24,033 nt of DNA, taken from contig CAVVMW010000011.1 in assembly GCA_963749495.1 (NCBI GenBank), positions 1-24,033 on the forward strand. Reading direction: 5' to 3'. Positions within the stretch are counted from its first letter, which is position 1, and every line of letters starts with the position of its first letter. This document shows positions 9,837-18,299 of the stretch, piece by piece. This stretch comes from an uncultured bacterium (GTDB lineage Bacteria; Verrucomicrobiota; Verrucomicrobiia; Limisphaerales; UBA8199). A model generated the notes under the pieces. The model did not search any database, was not told the DNA's origin, and saw only the letters and a list, made by a program, of their open reading frames with translations. The translations under genes and the position numbers were made by a program.

Positions 9837-10014
9837 ATGAACCGGAGAATCAAGGAGAACTAAGGGGGTGCTGTGCTCTCCCATTCGTGACTTTGGCCAT
9901 GGCATTGCCTGCAAACGACTCGGATCAGGCAGACTGGCAGACGGAGGCGCCATGATGTGATGAGCACCCGAGCTCGCTGAGGATTACGAGGGCTGTTGTT
10001 CGAGGGCGAGAGAG

Positions 10015-10032
10015 TGTCTCCAATTGGAGACA
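10015..10032. repeat. Perfect 18-bp palindrome TGTCTCCAATTGGAGACA
   Basis: Read directly; extends to 10012-10035 with one mismatched pair. Confidence 0.85.
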
Positions 10033-10257
10033 TTCGGGCCAGAAAACTGCGTCACCTCTCAGCGCCTCTCAACGCGCGCCCACACCGCCATGCCCGGACA
10101 TCTGGGTAAGGTGTCCCCAAACCGTGAAGAAGATCACTCGATAAGCTCCGTCAACACCGCTTCGGGTGCTTGGGCAGTAACCCTCAACTTTCATTGGGGG
10201 CAGCGGCGCACCTTGTGATAATCCACCAGAGGGGCTTTCGCGGAGCCTCTCGAGCCC

Positions 10258-10431
10258 TCAACCGACCCATTCAACTCCCGCCTCGATGGCCAGCCCCGTC
10301 GCTTTCCGGACGCGCCGCCGCATTTCCGCGGTCAGCTTGACCACGTTGGCCGCCGCAAGAACCAAAGCACCTGTGGTTTGCGACTTGCCCTTCGGCCCGA
10401 GGCGGAATACTCCTGGATCCTGATGATGCAC
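10258..10431 (-). pseudogene. 57-codon ORF or fragment whose C-terminus resembles the MurB C-terminal end
   Basis: Translated by hand: ...AAANVVKLTAEMRRRVRKATGLAIEAGVEWVG*. It abuts the IS1182 end at 10433. The similarity is from memory only. Confidence 0.3.
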
Positions 10432-10432
10432 T

Positions 10433-11480
10433 CTAGCAGCCTGTCGGACTTAAGAGATGGCCTAGGTAACAGAATCTTATCACAAGATACATCCAGTCAC
10501 AAAACCTAATATCCTTCGAGCTTCCGTGGTCCCTGCCCGCTCCGCGACGCCGTTCAACCCGGTTTTGAGCCCGGATCGGCCCATTTTCTTCATTTTAGCC
10601 CGCAGTCGCCAGATTCTTGAGCACGAACAGCCGTTTGAGGTTGTAACTCACACACACCAGCGTCCATTCCAGCCCGGCTTTGACGCGCCCCCGCAGCAGG
10701 AATCGCCGGAATCCCATCACTTCTTTGATAATCCCAAAGACCGGTTCCACCGTCTGCTTGCGCAATTTGTAGAGCGTCTTGCCCGGTTCGCTTTTCAAGC
10801 GGTGTGCCATGACCTCCTTGGCCGAAGCCTCCGGACCCGGCGCCGCGGGCTCCGGCTGCGGCAACAGGTCCGCCACCGTCTTGTGATGCGAATGCTTCTC
10901 CACCGCCGCATAGACCGCGATCCCGCTTGGCGCACCGTCGGGTTTTTGCTCCACCGTCCCCACCGCCGCTTCACTGTAAAATCCATTATCCGTCAACACC
11001 GCCTTGACTTCCCCCGCCACCACCGGGCTAATGGCGGCCACCGTCGGCACCAACTCTTCTTTGTCGTTGGGCGCCACGCTGAGTCGCTCCCCCACGATCA
11101 GCATCTGCTCATCCACCGCCGCCTGGGCATTGTAGGCCTGCTCGAAATGCTGCCCGTTGCCCGCTTTCATGATCCGACTTTCCGGATCGGTAAAATTGTA
11201 CTGCGCCTTGGGATCGGGCACCTCGCTGGGCGGCGTCGGCTCCGCCCCGCGAGGCTTTTGCCCGGCTTCTCGCTGGGCTTGCCGTTTGGCCTGCTTTTCT
11301 TTGTACTCCTCCTCCTGCTGCGCCGCCGCCATCTCCTTGGCCCGCTCCTCAATAACCTGCCGAGCTTGTTTCAACGCCGCCACCCGCTTTTCCCCCCGCG
11401 CCAGTTCGGCCGGAATATCCAAAGTCTCCTCGGCTTCCTTGGCCTCGGCTTGCTCAGCCCGCCCCATTAACTCCTTCACC
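10433..11480 (-). mobile_element. Partial IS1182-family insertion sequence (downstream end retained, upstream half deleted)
   Basis: Terminus-like CTAGCAGCCTGTCGGACT at 10433-10450, about 145 bp beyond the transposase stop. No matching inverted copy found near 11480-11600. Confidence 0.75.
10595..11480 (-). pseudogene. 5'-truncated IS1182-family DDE transposase
   Basis: QYNFTDPESRIMK, AYNAQAAVD, VLTDNGFYSE, YKLRKQTVEPVFGIIKEVMGFRRFLLRG, YNLKRL. Similarity starts abruptly at VKELMGRAEQAE; the N-terminal region with the first catalytic Asp is missing. Confidence 0.85.
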
Positions 11481-11596
11481 CGGGCCGCAAAGCTGCCCTC
11501 CCGGCAAAAGCTGGCAAAACCACAGGAACTATGTTTTGATTGGATGCCGCGCGTGGTGGACGGTGACATGTCCCACCATGCAAGAGAATCTGTGCC

Positions 11597-13903
11597 ATGA
11601 AAACACTTCTATTTATCGCGCTTGTCGTGACGGCTGCCGCCTGGGCGCCGGCCCAAGAACTGACTCTGGCTGCGCGCGGCCAGCCTGCCGCCTGCACTAT
11701 CGTCCGCCCCGCGGTCGCCTCGCCCTCGCAGGTGTACGCGGCGGAGGAGCTGCAGCGCTTTACGGAACAGATGACCGGCGTCAAGCTGCCGGTCGCGACC
11801 GACGAGGCGCCGCTCCCGGCGCGCGCCGTGGTGCTTGGCGACACGCGCTTCACCTCCGAGGTCCTTGGCGGCCCGGCCGAGGTCAAGGGCCTGGGCGAAG
11901 ACGGCTTCCGCCTCGTGCGCCGCGGCGACCGAGTCCTGGTGTTGGGTGGGCCCTTGCGCGGCACGCTCTACGGTGTGTACGAGCTGCTGGAGCGCTTCGG
12001 CGGCTGCCGCTGGTACAGCTCCTGGCACAGCGTGATCCCGCGTCGCCAGAGCTTCGCCGTGCCCGTGCTGGATGAGACGCAGAAGCCCGCCTTCGCCTTG
12101 CGAGAGCCTTTCTGGTTCGACATGTTCGACGGCGATCTTGCGGCCCGCAATAAGGTCAACGGCAACAGCATGCGCCTGTCCGAAAAGCACGGCGGCCACT
12201 CGTATCGCTTCGGCGGCGGCCTGGGGAGCTGCCACACGTTCAACACCCTCTGCTCCCCCGACGTCTATTTCGCGGCGCACCCGGAGTACTTCAGCCAAGT
12301 CAACGGCAAGCGCGTCAAAGACCACACGCAGCTCTGCCTCGCCAACCCGGACGTGCTCCGCGTCGTCACCTCCAACGTGTTGGCGCGCATCCGCCGGGAC
12401 CCCGGCGCCTCGTTCTACGGCGTCAGCCAGAACGACTGGTACAACTACTGCACCTGCCCGGCCTGCAAGGCCATCGACGATGCCGAAGAGTCGCACGCGG
12501 GCTCGATGATCGCCTTTGTGAACCAGACCGCCGAGGCCGTTGAGAAGGAGTTCCCGAATGTCACCATCGAGACCCTCGCCTACCAGTACACGCGCAAGCC
12601 GCCCAAGACCATCCGCCCGCGGGCCAACGTCCTGCCGTGCCTCTGCACCATCGAGTGCGACTTCTCGTTCCCCATCACGGCCAGCGCGTTTAAGGAGAAC
12701 CGCGCCTTCATGGACGACATCCGCGGCTGGAGCGCGATCTGCAAACACCTCTACGTCTGGGACTACACCACCGACTTCCGCGATTACACCAGCCCCTTCC
12801 CGAACGTTCTCGCGCTTCAAGGCAACGTGCAGTTCTTCCACACCAACGGCGTGGAATACCTGTTCGAACAGGGCGCCTACCAGGGGCGGCACGGCGATTT
12901 CGCCGAGCTCAAGGCGTGGCTGCTGGCCAAGTGGCTGTGGAACCCCGACCTGCCCCAGGAGCCGCTCCTGCAGGACTTTTTCCAGGGCTACTACGGCGCG
13001 GCCGCGCCCTGCGCGCGCACCTACTTCGACGCGCTGCACAGCTACTACCGGGACCCCGCGAACCGCCCCCTGCGCATCTTCGACGACCCCCGCCAAGCAC
13101 TGCTCACGGACGATTTCTACGCCCGCGCCAGCGACCTGTGGCAACAGGCCGAAGCCGCGGTCAAGGACGACCCCGCCCGGCTGTACAACGTGCGCATGGC
13201 CGCATTCCCTGTGCTCTACGCGCGCCTGGCGCGGATGCCGGCTTCGGAAGAGATCAAGGTGTGGGTCACGGAGAACCCGAAGCAGTATGAGGCGCCGGCC
13301 GAGCAACACGCGCTTGCCGCCGAGCTGCTGAAGCGTTTCGACGAGGCCAGGAACATCCGCCTCTCCGAGAACGGCGGGCGCCACCGCGAAGTGCTGGCGC
13401 GCTGGAAGGCCCTGGCCAACCCGCCGCCCCTGCCGGCTGCGCAGACGCACGCCTTCGTTGAAGACAAGCTGCTCTCGCTCAGCAACCGCGGCACCTATGG
13501 CGACACCGTGGCCGACCCGCTGTGCGAGGACGGCTCGGCCATGAAGCTCTACAATACCCACTACGAGTGGTGTACCACGCTGCCCTTCTCGCGCGTGGCC
13601 TTTGACCCCGGCAGAAAGTACCGACTCCGCGTGCGGGTGTGCGTGGAGAGGGAAACCGGCAAGGAAGGCGAGGCCTTCTGGGCCGGCGTCTATGACGCCA
13701 AGCACCACCATGGCTGCGGCGGCATCGAGCGCAAGACGTCCGACGTTGGCGACGGCTACGCGTGGTACGACGTGGCCGAGTGGGTGCCCGAGCGCGACCA
13801 TTACTTCTGGATCGGTCCCGGACGCTTCGACAAGCAGGGCGGAGCGACCTCCGCAATCAAGGCCCTCAGGATCGACAAACTCGAGCTGATCCGGCTGGAC
13901 TAA
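11597..13903 (+). CDS. Secreted DUF4838-domain protein (GH67N-like N-terminal domain, putative glycoside hydrolase fold, C-terminal beta-sandwich)
   Basis: 768 aa; signal peptide; YAAEELQRF...GEDGFRL...RGTLYGVYELLERFGGCRWY; HPEYFS...QLCLANPDV; SQNDWYNYCTCPAC; TLAYQYTRKPP; WLLAKWLWNP; FFQGYYGAAA. Confidence 0.85.
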   Translation: MKTLLFIALVVTAAAWAPAQELTLAARGQPAACTIVRPAVASPSQVYAAEELQRFTEQMTGVKLPVATDEAPLPARAVVLGDTRFTSEVLGGPAEVKGLGEDGFRLVRRGDRVLVLGGPLRGTLYGVYELLERFGGCRWYSSWHSVIPRRQSFAVPVLDETQKPAFALREPFWFDMFDGDLAARNKVNGNSMRLSEKHGGHSYRFGGGLGSCHTFNTLCSPDVYFAAHPEYFSQVNGKRVKDHTQLCLANPDVLRVVTSNVLARIRRDPGASFYGVSQNDWYNYCTCPACKAIDDAEESHAGSMIAFVNQTAEAVEKEFPNVTIETLAYQYTRKPPKTIRPRANVLPCLCTIECDFSFPITASAFKENRAFMDDIRGWSAICKHLYVWDYTTDFRDYTSPFPNVLALQGNVQFFHTNGVEYLFEQGAYQGRHGDFAELKAWLLAKWLWNPDLPQEPLLQDFFQGYYGAAAPCARTYFDALHSYYRDPANRPLRIFDDPRQALLTDDFYARASDLWQQAEAAVKDDPARLYNVRMAAFPVLYARLARMPASEEIKVWVTENPKQYEAPAEQHALAAELLKRFDEARNIRLSENGGRHREVLARWKALANPPPLPAAQTHAFVEDKLLSLSNRGTYGDTVADPLCEDGSAMKLYNTHYEWCTTLPFSRVAFDPGRKYRLRVRVCVERETGKEGEAFWAGVYDAKHHHGCGGIERKTSDVGDGYAWYDVAEWVPERDHYFWIGPGRFDKQGGATSAIKALRIDKLELIRLD

Positions 13904-13915
13904 GTGGACTGCGAT

Positions 13916-16047
13916 TCACGGCGCAGGTGCCGCCGCATTCGCCGGGCGCACGGTGTGCTTGACGGGCCAGGAGGCGCGGTTCGGATCTGCGTAGAGCCCG
14001 ATCTTCGCCAATGGGAGCGGCTCGAAGCCCAACTTGAGCGCGGGGGCCTCGGGCTTGAGCTCGTAGTTGGCGTGGGCCGCGTCCACGAATCCCGGATCGG
14101 TACCCGCCAGGTTGTCCTGGAACGTCACCATCGGCCGGGCCCCGGCCTCGATTTCATCCCACTTTCCCCCCAGGCAGAGATTGCGGCAGACCACATTGCC
14201 GCGCGGGGCCCATGGCTCCTCGTCGAGGATCGGAGGCAGCTTTGGATACCGCTCCCGGTAGGGCGACTCGCGGTAGCGGATGCCGGAGAGGGCGCCTTTC
14301 TCGCGACCCTCCTTCACCCACTCGTCGGCCTGGTATTTGGCCCAGCCCATCGCCCGGGCGTCGATGTGGAGCGCCGGTTGGCAATCGACAAAGACGTTGT
14401 TGGCGATGGTGCAATCGCGCCCGCCGCCAATGAACGCCGCCCGAGTCACCCGCACGAACAGGTTCCCCGAAATCTCCGTCCCGCAGAACATGTCATCCAG
14501 GTAAACCCCCACGCAGCCGCGTCCTTCGAAGCCGGTGATGTCGTGCAGGTAGTTGTGGCGGATGACGGTGCCGCGCATCGTCCAATCGCGTCCGGCGTAG
14601 ATCGCTCCCGCATCGTTGGACTCGTGGCAAACACTGTGGATTTCGTTGAACTCAATGCGGTGGTCGTTCCCGCCGAAAGCGATCGCCTGGTGCGGCGCGT
14701 TGTCGATGAGGTTATGCGTCGCGCGGTTGCCGACCCCGTTCAAACTCACCCCGGCCGAGTACATCGGGCGCCACCGGCCATAGTGGTGAATGTGGTTGTT
14801 GTCGGCGAAATGCCCCGCCGCGGTGAGCGTCTTCCGATCTCCGCCGTCGAGCGACACGCCGCCGACGCCGCATTGCGAGATGTCGCAACCCACCACCCCA
14901 TGGTTCGATCCGCCGGAAATGCTGATCGCCGAGCCGCCCAGATTCCGCAGCGTGCAGCCGAGAATCCGGTTGCCCGTCCCCCCGCGCATGATGATCGCGG
15001 TCTCGCGGGCAGCCTCGAGAATCAAGCCGCGCAACGTGACGCACGAAACCTCGTCAAAGGTCACCAGTGTCGGCAGCACTGAAACCACGGCCCGACCGGT
15101 GGGGAGCGGGCTCGGCGGCCAAAAGTAGAGCCGGCCATTCTCACGATCGAGGTACCATTCCCCCGGCTGGTCGAGCTCGCAAAGCAGATTGAATCCGTAG
15201 AACCACTGGCCTTTCCGGTAGCCGTAGTTGTGATAAGGAGGCGCGATTTCCAGCGTCCCGTTCTCCGCATTGATCGCCTTTACGCGTTGGCGCTGATCCG
15301 ACCAATCCCAGAACCAATACCCATGCACCCAGGCGTCCGGCTCAGCCACCCAACGCTTCGGACGATCGCCTTCGAAGCGGAACAGACCTTCGACGCACCC
15401 CTTGGTGCCGCGCACATCCACAGGGGTCTTGCCCAGAACCTCCGTGATGTGGATGAACCCCGTGTTCGGCCAGCGCGCGAGCGGCATCGGCTCGTCGTTG
15501 AAGAGCACTTCGACTCCGCCGCCGTCCGGAGTACCGTAGTTTGTAAGGCCCAGTGCGCGCAAATCAGCCACCCGCACGTGGTCGCGCGCGGTGATATCGA
15601 GTCGTCTCAGAACCGTCGCCTCGGTGACAGCTTCGAAATGCGAGATCGCCCGGCCGCCGCTGATCCGCACTTCCGCTCCGGCGGCGGCGCAATACGCAAT
15701 CGGAGCCTCTTGGGTCCCCAGTCCTCCCGCGTCAGGCCCAGCGGTCGTTTGAGCGGATAGACTCCGGCTTGAATGATTACCCGGACACCGCCTGTGGGAA
15801 GGCCCGACGCTCCGCGCAACCTGCGGAGCCCGGTGCGGGCCCCCTCGAGGCTCGCCCGGGGTCCGTCAGTCCGCGAAGCGTTTGGCGTGCTCAGGCTACC
15901 CGACCAAGCGTCATTGCCGTTGGTGGCAACGTGGAGTTCCACGGGCGCGGCCCCAGCCAGCCAACCGCAGGCCCATGCGATGCCCACCGCCAAGACGCTT
16001 CGCCCCAGCGCCCTCGCCAAGGGGGTTGAAGAGATGATACAGGGCAT
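13916..16047 (-). CDS. Secreted right-handed beta-helix glycoside hydrolase-like protein (GH141-like), ~710 aa, one -1 frameshift at ~15716-15721
   Basis: N-part: LHVATNGNDAWSG...DGPRASLEGAR...VIIQAGVY. C-part: RISGGR, LARWPN, GYWFWDWSD, ELDQPGEWYLDRENGRLYFWPP, ESNDAGAIY, GVYLDD, DPGFVDAAHANYELKPEAPALKLGFEPLP. Adding one base gives ...ED(S)GTQEAPIAY. Start ATG 16047 or 16074. Confidence 0.82.
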
Positions 16048-16071
16048 TGGCCTGGCGTGTCGAACAACTGG

Positions 16072-16080
16072 CATGAGGCG
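16072..16080 (+). repeat. Left 9-bp target-site duplication CATGAGGCG
   Basis: Identical copy at 18053-18061, immediately outside the opposite IR. Confidence 0.92.
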
Positions 16081-16282
16081 CAGCAATTCCGCAAGGTGGG
16101 GTGCGCCGCCGCTTTACTTTCGGAGGCCCAGATTTTTGTCGGCGCCGAGCGCTGTCGTGATGGAGGGGCGGCCGGGCAGAGCCCGCGCGAGACAACACCT
16201 CTCCCGCAGTCCCCGAGTCCTCCTTGTTGCGTCGGCCAGTTTGCAAAGAGCAACACCCCGAAAGCGCTCACCCAGGCGGTCG

Positions 16283-17551
16283 TCAGCCACAGGCAAACCA
16301 CAAATCCCAAGGCAAGTCCTCCTCCAAAGCCAGATCCAGGTCATGCGCCAGCTCTTTGAGGCTCACCTGGCCCAACCGGACCAGTTGACTGTGGAGCACC
16401 GCGTAGGCGCTAAAGAGGACGAAACCTAGGACTAAAATCAGCATTTGCGCCAACATGGCCACCGGTTCGTGATGGTAGCAATGCTCCAGGTGGTAGAATT
16501 GCGTCAGCTCATTGAACGCCTTGTTCTCGATGCCCCAGCGCCGGTGACCGCCCTCATAGACGACCTGGACCGGATAGCCCGCCAAGCCCTCCGATGCCAT
16601 CCACCACCAGTCGCTGGTCTGGGGTTGATGGGTCATTTTTCCGCCCACCATCTTGTGCTGGATCCACGTCTCCTGCGAGTGGACCACCCGCACTTTGCGG
16701 CCGTAGCTCTTGCTGAAGTTCAGGTCTTTGACCTCCCAGAGTTTGACGTGCCGGCCACGGGTTTCGTCGTCAAACTCCAGAGCGGGTTCTTGTCCGGCAC
16801 TCAGGGCGCGCGCCTCTTGCAAGACCTCCATCCGTTCCTGTTTGAGCACGACGATCCAGGCCCAGCCCAGCTTCTCCACCGCCTTCAAAAAGGGGCCTTG
16901 CACATACCAACTGTCAATGGTCACGGCGTTGAAAAAGCGCACGCCGTAAAGCCGGCGAATCCGCCCCAGCAGGCGCAGGCCGGCCTGGGCTTCCTCTTCC
17001 CCGGGACCGATAGGCTCCACGTCCACCAGCACGTTGAACTTGGGCCCGTTGATCTGGGCAAAGACATACCGGTGGTAGTATTCGATCACCGTGTGTTTTT
17101 GGCCTTGGTTGTCGGTCTCTTGAATCTCCCTCTGGCAGCAGCACGGACAGCAGCGACTGCGACTGTGGAAGTGTTCGTTGGCGTCCAAACTCAGGAGCAG
17201 CAGGCCGTTGATTTTACAGCTCTCCAGCGCCTTGTTGGCCTTGAGGTTCTTGTTCACCCCGGCCAGGCCTTGGCGCAAGTCCTCCAGGTAGAAGCGCTCG
17301 CTCACATAGTGAAAGGCGTCGTCGCTGATGCGCTCTTGCCAATGGATGAGGTGTTGCCAGCGCCGACGCTTGGTTTGCTTGGAGAGATCCAGGTAACTGC
17401 CGACGCGGATGGCCACGCCCATGAGCATGCTCAGCAACAAGGGCCGCGTAGGAATCTTGGCGTAGGGCCGATCGCTGCGCACCCCGCGCACGACCCGGCC
17501 CATGGCGAAGACTTTCGTTACGTAGCCCAGAAACTGAGCCAGTTCGTTCAT
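16283..17551 (-). CDS. DDE transposase (DDE_Tnp_1-related, ISNCY ISDol1/ISPlu15-like)
   Basis: 422 aa; LSLDANEHFHSRSRCCPCC (D1 plus Cys cluster), EYYH, VTIDSWY (D2), GHRRWGIENKAFNEL (E), YHLEHCYHH. Confidence 0.85.
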   Translation of the reverse strand: MNELAQFLGYVTKVFAMGRVVRGVRSDRPYAKIPTRPLLLSMLMGVAIRVGSYLDLSKQTKRRRWQHLIHWQERISDDAFHYVSERFYLEDLRQGLAGVNKNLKANKALESCKINGLLLLSLDANEHFHSRSRCCPCCCQREIQETDNQGQKHTVIEYYHRYVFAQINGPKFNVLVDVEPIGPGEEEAQAGLRLLGRIRRLYGVRFFNAVTIDSWYVQGPFLKAVEKLGWAWIVVLKQERMEVLQEARALSAGQEPALEFDDETRGRHVKLWEVKDLNFSKSYGRKVRVVHSQETWIQHKMVGGKMTHQPQTSDWWWMASEGLAGYPVQVVYEGGHRRWGIENKAFNELTQFYHLEHCYHHEPVAMLAQMLILVLGFVLFSAYAVLHSQLVRLGQVSLKELAHDLDLALEEDLPWDLWFACG

Positions 17552-17919
17552 GAAGACGCGGCCACCAGAGGTTCACCACGGCGGAGCAGTTCGCGATTGA
17601 TTTGGCTGATTTCGTCAAGCACGTGCTGGACCTGGGCATAAGCGGCCACACCTTGGCGTGCTTGGTTGATCTGGCCCGGGGACTTCAGCAAGAGCGATTG
17701 CACCTGGCCTTTGGCGAAGCAGCGGTTGAGATAAAAGAACGGGCCGTGCTTGGGGCCACCGGTGTGGCAGCGGCAATTGGCCTTGCCACATTTGAGGAAT
17801 CGCTCGATTAAGGAGGCGTGGAGGACTCCGGGGGGGAATTGGAAGGAGCGCAGGAGATGGGCCTTTCGCTGGCGGAGGGCCAGGGTTGATGTGCGCTGGA
17901 GCGGCTGTATCCTACTCAT
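17548..17919 (-). CDS. Small basic Cys/His protein, DUF6788-type, transposase-associated
   Basis: 123 aa from ATG 17919; SLIERFLKCGKANCRCHTGGPKHGPFFYL followed by a long helix. Its TGA overlaps the transposase ATG (ATGA, 17548-17551). Confidence 0.8.
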   Translation of the reverse strand: MSRIQPLQRTSTLALRQRKAHLLRSFQFPPGVLHASLIERFLKCGKANCRCHTGGPKHGPFFYLNRCFAKGQVQSLLLKSPGQINQARQGVAAYAQVQHVLDEISQINRELLRRGEPLVAASS

Positions 17920-17957
17920 ATATAGATGTAGGATAGCAGAGCGGGCGAGCAATGCAA
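17905..17957 (-). promoter_or_regulatory. Putative IS promoter with overlapping inverted-repeat operator
   Basis: Minus strand: TTGCAT (17957-17952) -N16- TATCCT (17935-17930), with an extended -10 TGn. Inverted repeat TATCCTAC (17908-17915) / GTAGGATA (17928-17935) encloses the ATG at 17919. Confidence 0.6.
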
Positions 17958-18052
17958 GCGAAAAAGAAAATGCCTCTGTTTCCGAAAATGCCCTAACTGC
18001 CTGTGGTCAGCCAGGTTGGAATTGAAACCCCACCCACCTTACGGAATCGCTG

Positions 18053-18061
18053 CATGAGGCG
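18053..18061 (+). repeat. Right 9-bp target-site duplication CATGAGGCG
   Basis: Identical to 16072-16080. Confidence 0.92.
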
Positions 18062-18197
18062 ACGTTCCGTAAGTGGCAGTGCCGGGGCAAAAGATGTCCA
18101 TTCCCGGTATGCAGACCCGCTCTTCGTTGCCCCGGAAGAGGGCGATTTCAGGCTTAAGCCTGAATCTCCCGCCTTCGCGTTGCGATTCCAGCCCTTC
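18062..18197 (+). pseudogene. Inverted remnant of a beta-helix protein C-terminus
   Basis: TFRKWQCRGK|DVHSRYADPLFVAPEEGDFRLKPESPAFALRFQPF (one extra A in AAAA at 18089-18092). Aligns by eye with DPGFVDAAHANYELKPEAPALKLGFEPL at the end of the 13916-16047 protein. Confidence 0.65.
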
Positions 18198-18299
18198 GCT
18201 GGGCAGCTTGCGCCAAGTGCCTGCGTTTTTGGCATCCGCGATCGCGCCCGGCTCAAAGCCCAGATACCACGCGCCCCGATAATTGACGCTGCCGTCCCC

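Larger units (their letters stand above)
16081..18052 (-). mobile_element. Complete 1972-bp two-gene insertion sequence (DUF6788-type ORF plus DDE transposase; ISNCY/IS4-superfamily-like)
   Basis: IR CAGCAATTCCGCAAGGTGGG (16081-16100) versus reverse complement of 18033-18052 CAGCGATTCCGTAAGGTGGG (18/20 identical). Flanked by perfect 9-bp direct repeats; both ORFs intact. Confidence 0.93.

Noticed and set aside
11481..11569. ORF-track N-terminus of the IS1182 transposase (MSPSTTRG...)
   Set aside because: Not transposase-like; it is read-through into the intergenic DNA upstream of the DUF4838 gene.
11609..13801. 730-aa minus-strand ORF, and similar long antisense ORFs (5939-7267, 3673-4875, 13904-15082, 16445-17641, 19534-21024)
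   Set aside because: Shadow frames opposite well-supported genes; expected in DNA with high GC at third codon positions.
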